11,982 nucleotides of DNA from Abditibacteriaceae bacterium (GTDB taxonomy: Bacteria > Armatimonadota > Abditibacteriia > Abditibacteriales > Abditibacteriaceae), in NCBI GenBank assembly GCA_031425655.1, contig JANPJS010000246.1, positions 1-11,982 on the forward strand, read 5' to 3'. A model generated the notes under the pieces. That model was not told the origin of the DNA and did not search any database. It was given only the letters and a program-made list of their open reading frames with translations. Below, piece by piece: positions 8,246-11,982 of the stretch. The translations under genes and the position numbers were made by a program. Numbering within the stretch: the first letter of the stretch is position 1; every line of letters begins with the position of its first letter.

Positions 8246-10438
8246 TTATTCCAAATTAAAGACAAAAAGCGTGGCGTTTTCTAAAGCCGGCGAGGCATCG
8301 GCGATAGACAATCCCAGCGCCGGTTTCAGGCTCCAACCTGTCACCAGAGCGTCGGAATCGCCCGCCGGACTGCTCAAAGCTAAGTTCAAAGCATTGGTCG
8401 CCGACTGTTTCATCGAAGCGCCTTTGTCGGGAAAAATGCGTTCTAAGGCCGACGCGCCGGCAATGTCACCGGTGAGTTGTCCGCCTGTGGCATCCGAGCG
8501 TTTCGAGTTGGTGCCGGTCGCGCGGGCGCCGCTTTTGATGTCGCCGCAGGCCCACAGACGCCCTTTCCACTTGACAACCACGCCGCGCAAATCGAAGGGC
8601 GTGGCGTTTTTCACGACCGGCTTGCCGCTCGCCGTTTGCACCTGCACACCGCCCTTAAGATTCACCACAGATTGTCCGACAAAGGCGCGCCAGGCCCACT
8701 GATTGACCACAGCATCTTCCACTTCAAACGATTTTTCATCGCTCATTTGGGCGAGGGTAACGCGTTCTTCAAGGTCGGCTTCGGCATGAAGATAATCGGC
8801 GACCACCATGCGCGCGTCTTCGCTCTGGATTTCATACGAGGTTTTGTGCGGCGAAAACAGCCACAGCATCGCGTCCGAGCGCGCCAACTGATCGCCCGAA
8901 GCCGTGTTATTCAAGGTGCCGCTGCCCTGAATGATATGCGTCTGGCGCGCCAAAAGCGTGCTGCCTTTAATGCGCAGCGCCGCCGCGTAGCTCATCACGG
9001 AAAACGCCACCACGATGACCGGAACCGTGATCCACGCCAATTCGCGCTTATCGAACAAGCGCAGCAGACAATAATTGACCGGCACCAGAAAGAAAACGTA
9101 AAGCGCCAAAAACCACGCGATGGTCGAAACCGGCGGCGTTTTTAATTGCTTGACCGACTTTATGGCTACGAGCAGCGACGAAGTCGGGCTGGTTTCATTG
9201 GGATCATTGGTAGCCAGCGATGGATTCGCGGCCTCGATGCCCGCCGGCGGCAGCGTGTGCGCGAAAACTTCCTTCCACAGCCACGGGATGCCGCGCCAGC
9301 CCAAAAACGGCGGCGAGTTCGGGTCGCAAGCTAAGAAAACCACCTGGCCCGCGCCATAATTGCGAATAGCGACTATCGGCGACGACGAACCCCACAGCGC
9401 CCGCGCGCCGGGCCGCAAAGTGGATTTCATCATCATCAGAGGTGCGCCGGAAAGGTCGTCGCCAAGCTGCACTTTTTTGAGATCGCGCAGGTTCGGCTCA
9501 ATGTAGCGGCGCAAAAACGCGGCGCGCTGCTCGTTGCCGGCGGGCGCCGCGCTCGTCGGCGTGACGGGCCACATATCTGCTAACGGCGAGCGCGCCAAAC
9601 GATCCCAGTTGGCGCCGCCGACCACGATTAAAGCGCCGCCGGCAGCCGTATAGCCGCGCAAAGCATCAAGCTGCGCTGCCGATAATTCGGCGAACGGAAA
9701 ATCCTGCAAAATCACGGCATCAGCGCCCTGCAAGCCAACCCAACGCGCCGGAAGGTTTTTATGCGTAACGCCCAAAGGCCGCACCAATTCGGTGTTTTGC
9801 ATAATCTGCGCAGGCGTTTGGCCTCCGCCGCGTTGCTGCTCCGCGATTATTTCCTTCATAAGAGCGATTTCGAGCGGCTTTTTGACGCCCAAAAAGCCGT
9901 TCATTCTTTCGCCCGTCGCGCTGACGGAAAGCACGATGCGCGTGCCCGTAGCGCGCAAGTCGAGGCTGAACGGCGCTGTGACCTGCCGAAAGCCGCGCCC
10001 CGAAAAAGTGATTTCGCCGCTGTCGAGTCCGTGCCGCTCGGCGCGCCCGAACAGCCAGAATTGCTTATTGGAAGTCGTGGGCAAATCAATGTCGGTATAG
10101 GCTTCGGAGGCTTGCACCGACGGCTCGTTGGCATCGAAAAGGCGCAGCCGCAGTTGCCCGCTGACCGGGTCGCCCATATTGCTCAGCGTGACTTGAACGG
10201 GCAGCCATTTGCCCCAGTTGGCCTGCACTCTCAGCGGCTTTTCAACGGCGGCCAGAGGCGAGGTCAAGCTCATTTTAATCGGCACTTTCGGGTCGGGCGT
10301 AGCCGTCGGCACGCCGCCGCTTTCCTGTGCCCGCGCCGGGCCACAGAGCAAGGCTGAGCCGCCGCACCACAGCGAAACGGCGCAAATCAACATTCTCGGA
10401 CAGCGCATAAAATTTCCTCGCATCGTTTGCTGCATCAT
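8246..10438 (-). CDS. Conserved hypothetical membrane protein: signal peptide, class I glutamine amidotransferase-like (GATase1-like) domain, two adjacent TM helices, C-terminal extracytoplasmic domain
   Basis: 730-aa ORF; alternative starts at 10423 or 10408. N-terminal hydrophobic segment ends in ARA/QE. Motifs: GKWLPVQVTLSNxG; LPARWVGLQGADAVILQD...LSAAQLDALRGYTAAGGALIVVGG...RNYGAGQVVFLACDP (GATase1-like Rossmann fold); and the hydrophobic hairpin IAWFLALYVFFLVPVNYCLLRLFDKRELAWITVPVIVVAFSVMSYAAA at ~8980-9125. Confidence 0.85.
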   Translation of the reverse strand: MMQQTMRGNFMRCPRMLICAVSLWCGGSALLCGPARAQESGGVPTATPDPKVPIKMSLTSPLAAVEKPLRVQANWGKWLPVQVTLSNMGDPVSGQLRLRLFDANEPSVQASEAYTDIDLPTTSNKQFWLFGRAERHGLDSGEITFSGRGFRQVTAPFSLDLRATGTRIVLSVSATGERMNGFLGVKKPLEIALMKEIIAEQQRGGGQTPAQIMQNTELVRPLGVTHKNLPARWVGLQGADAVILQDFPFAELSAAQLDALRGYTAAGGALIVVGGANWDRLARSPLADMWPVTPTSAAPAGNEQRAAFLRRYIEPNLRDLKKVQLGDDLSGAPLMMMKSTLRPGARALWGSSSPIVAIRNYGAGQVVFLACDPNSPPFLGWRGIPWLWKEVFAHTLPPAGIEAANPSLATNDPNETSPTSSLLVAIKSVKQLKTPPVSTIAWFLALYVFFLVPVNYCLLRLFDKRELAWITVPVIVVAFSVMSYAAALRIKGSTLLARQTHIIQGSGTLNNTASGDQLARSDAMLWLFSPHKTSYEIQSEDARMVVADYLHAEADLEERVTLAQMSDEKSFEVEDAVVNQWAWRAFVGQSVVNLKGGVQVQTASGKPVVKNATPFDLRGVVVKWKGRLWACGDIKSGARATGTNSKRSDATGGQLTGDIAGASALERIFPDKGASMKQSATNALNLALSSPAGDSDALVTGWSLKPALGLSIADASPALENATLFVFNLE

Positions 10439-10444
10439 CGCTTA

Positions 10445-10512
10445 GAGTTCCTAAATTTAAGAAGCTGCTCCCTATATTTTGCAGGGGTAGAAACTCGTTT
10501 ATTTAGGAACTC
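10445..10512. mobile_element. 68-bp MITE-like element with 12-bp terminal inverted repeats, flanked by a TTA direct repeat (IS5/IS1031-like signature)
   Basis: GAGTTCCTAAAT (10445-10456) / ATTTAGGAACTC (10501-10512), with TTA at 10442-10444 and again at 10513-10515. GAG ends with a 3-bp TNA duplication are the established pattern of the IS1031 subgroup of IS5. Confidence 0.6.
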
Positions 10513-10515
10513 TTA

Positions 10516-10698
10516 GAGTCTGTGCTCAAAAAGAGTTATTCAGTCCGTTGCCATTGAGCGGCAAAAAATTGAGTGGCAAAAAATGGTGAAAAAGTGGGAT
10601 TTCTCATCCGAAATGCCATGGATGCCCTTATTTTTTGCCACTCAATTTTTTGCCGTTGGGCCGTTTTTATCCAAATAACTTTATTCGAGCACAGACTC
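10516..10698. mobile_element. 183-bp MITE-like element with 25-bp imperfect TIRs and TA flanks, carrying an internal 26-bp inverted repeat
   Basis: GAGTCTGTGCTCaaaaagagttatt (10516-10540) pairs with aataactttattcGAGCACAGACTC (10674-10698): the first 12 bp are perfect, with 3 mismatches in 25. TA lies at 10514-10515 and 10699-10700. No ORF inside. Confidence 0.65.
10559..10655. repeat. 26-bp perfect inverted repeat built from a 15-nt-period tandem unit (ttgagYggcaaaaaa)
   Basis: cggcaaaaaattgagtggcaaaaaat (10559-10584) is the exact reverse complement of 10630-10655, with a 45-nt loop. Confidence 0.9.
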
Positions 10699-10763
10699 TA
10701 AGAACCCGCCTCGCGCCGTGAAGTTCGGCGGGCGTCGTAAACGGCTTGTTAGAACGCATTCAG

Positions 10764-10769
10764 TATAAT
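10764..10769 (+). promoter_or_regulatory. Possible sigma70-type -10 box for the CAP-domain gene
   Basis: Perfect TATAAT ~100 nt upstream of ATG 10867 in otherwise GC-rich DNA. There is no canonical -35 at 16-18 nt spacing. Confidence 0.3.
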
Positions 10770-10856
10770 GCCGCGCGCACGTCGGGTCTCCACGAAACCC
10801 AACGCACCTTCCTCACGTCTAAAAGCGCGTTTTCCCACGGCATTTCCCCATTTTGC

Positions 10857-10861
10857 AGGAG
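10857..10861 (+). promoter_or_regulatory. Shine-Dalgarno sequence
   Basis: AGGAG lies 5 nt upstream of ATG 10867, which begins a signal peptide. Confidence 0.7.
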
Positions 10862-10866
10862 TTTTG

Positions 10867-11727
10867 ATGAAGTCGCATTTTACCGTTTCGGCGCTGTGCG
10901 CCGTTTTGCTGTGCGCCGTCCCGGTTTTCGCCGATACGCCACTTGCTTCGCCCGTCGTCACCAATAACGACGCGACGGCGCTGGCGCGCTATCAACTGGC
11001 GCTCGATCAGATTTCGACAGGCGATATTGCCGCCGCGCGCGTGCTGCTGGAAGACGGCATTCGCCGCTTCGGGCCGCAAAGCGATTTAAATCTGCTGCTC
11101 GGCTACGTTTTGCAGCGCGAAGGTCAAAGCGGCGCCGCGCGAGATCGTCTGGCTCAAGTGCCCGCTTCGCCGCTTGCGACGGCCTTCGCGCGCCAACTCA
11201 GCAGCGATATTCAACGCATTGGCGTCGGCGCCGCGCCGCAAATCGTGTCCGTCGCCACAAACGGCGCCGCTCCCCGCGCCGCCGCGCTGGCCCAAACCGA
11301 TGCGCGTCTGGCGAAATTAGAAACCGATATGCTGGAATTGGTCAACGCCGAACGCGCCAAAATCGGCTTAAAACCGCTCGCTTTTGACGAAAAGCTGGCC
11401 ACCGTTTCCCGCGCGCATTCGGCGGAAATGCGCGACAAAAACTACTTCGCGCACGAATCGCCGACTTCGGGCCTGCGCGAGCCGATAGAGCGTTTTCAAA
11501 GCGTTTTCAACAATAGGCCGCGCATCATAGCGGAAAACATCTTTCGCTCGTGGGGCACTCAGCGTCAGGTCTCGATGAGCGAAATCCGCGAAGGCCACGA
11601 ATCGCTGATGAAATCGCCCGGTCATCGCGCCAATATCCTTTATGCCGAGGTGACGCACATCGGCATCGGCATCGTCGCCAACGGGCGCGGCGACATTTGG
11701 ATCACTCAGATGTTCTTGCGCCCTTGA
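10867..11727 (+). CDS. Secreted CAP/SCP-domain (YkwD-like) protein with N-terminal TPR-like helices (286 aa)
   Basis: The ORF track gives a start at 10768, but AGGAG + ATG 10867 gives MKSHFTVSALCAVLLCAVPVFA, a signal peptide. TPR-like segment ARYQLALDQISTGDIAAARVLLEDGIRRFGPQSDLNLLLGYVLQREG. CAP motifs LELVNAERAKIGLKPL..L..VSRAHSAEM..NYFAH..AENI..LMKSPGHRANIL..THIGIGI..WITQMF. Confidence 0.92.
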   Translation: MKSHFTVSALCAVLLCAVPVFADTPLASPVVTNNDATALARYQLALDQISTGDIAAARVLLEDGIRRFGPQSDLNLLLGYVLQREGQSGAARDRLAQVPASPLATAFARQLSSDIQRIGVGAAPQIVSVATNGAAPRAAALAQTDARLAKLETDMLELVNAERAKIGLKPLAFDEKLATVSRAHSAEMRDKNYFAHESPTSGLREPIERFQSVFNNRPRIIAENIFRSWGTQRQVSMSEIREGHESLMKSPGHRANILYAEVTHIGIGIVANGRGDIWITQMFLRP

Positions 11728-11982
11728 TGTCGTCTCATCCCGCTTGCATTACAATGCCCCAATGCCCATTACAAACGCATTAGAAAAGGCATAGCCGCGA
11801 AGAAGCGCAAAAGGCACCAAAAAAGCCGTTGGTCTGACCACAGCATTTGGGCTGACACACGCTCCACGCACTCGACAGAACCTTCTTTTGTGTTTTTTGT
11901 GCTTCTTCGCGGCTATGCCTTTTCTAATGCGTTTGTAATGGGCATTGGGGCATTGTAATGCAAGCGGGATGAGACGACATCA
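11725..11982. repeat. Long inverted repeat reaching the window end: 82-bp perfect arms around a REP-like doublet (TAGCCGCGAAGAAGCGCAAAA type)
   Basis: 11725-11806 is the exact reverse complement of 11901-11982. Pairing continues imperfectly to ~11825/11882 (gcaaaaggcaccaaaaaag vs cttcttttgtgttttttgt), leaving a ~56-nt loop. Confidence 0.9.

Noticed and set aside
9270..9790. Active glutamine amidotransferase or peptidase call for the GATase-like domain
   Set aside because: No nucleophile-elbow Cys (G-x-C-x-G) or His-x-Glu motif is visible, so only a fold-level call is supported.
10553..10655. Possible CRISPR or iteron array from the 15-nt-period repeat
   Set aside because: There are only two tandem units per arm, arranged as an inverted pair, with no spacer series and no cas or rep gene.
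10516..10698. Possible retron msr-msd or other RT-associated ncRNA, suggested by the nested inverted repeats
   Set aside because: There is no reverse transcriptase in the window, and the IS5-like termini with TA flanks fit a MITE better.
10705..10732. Short GC hairpins (cccgcc/ggcggg; cgccg/cggcg)
   Set aside because: Stems of only 5-6 bp with no U-tract are expected by chance at this GC content.
10746..10769. TTGTTA...TATAAT as a full -35/-10 promoter
   Set aside because: The spacing is only 12 nt, so only the -10 box is kept, at low confidence.
10768..10866. 33-codon N-terminal extension of the CAP-protein ORF
   Set aside because: The SD (AGGAG) and signal peptide both point to ATG 10867, and the 10768 ATG overlaps the TATAAT box.
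11725..11982. Possible hairpin telomere or linear replicon end
   Set aside because: The centre is a ~56-nt non-palindromic loop with imperfect REP-like arms, the neighbours are ordinary chromosomal genes, and no protelomerase is present.

Overview
Bacterial chromosomal DNA, about 55-60% GC by eye. The C-terminal domain style of the first protein tentatively suggests Abditibacteriota/Armatimonadota; this is an inference, not a search result. The window has four long genes, all for exported or envelope proteins: (1) a ~1450-aa adhesin-like protein (+) with six SdrD B-like repeats, two of them interrupted by proprotein-convertase P-domains; (2) a secreted protein (-) with about five ConA/LamG/DUF1080-like domains, true start probably 7961; (3) a membrane protein (-) with a class I GATase-like domain and two TM helices; (4) a secreted TPR + CAP/SCP protein (+), true start probably 10867. 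No RNA genes, CRISPR array, transposase or integrase are visible. The unusual part is non-coding: every intergenic space holds a palindrome. These are a bidirectional terminator, three unrelated REP-doublet-like elements, and two abutting IS5-type MITE-like elements, one with an exactly concentric inner inverted repeat. Two otherwise unrelated REP-like elements (1-115 and 8055-8234) carry the same 19-nt module CCTGCCCAGAGGGCRCCCG in both arms, with the same polarity and apparently the same offset from the arm end. The window ends in an 82-bp perfect fold-back that may be an assembly artefact.
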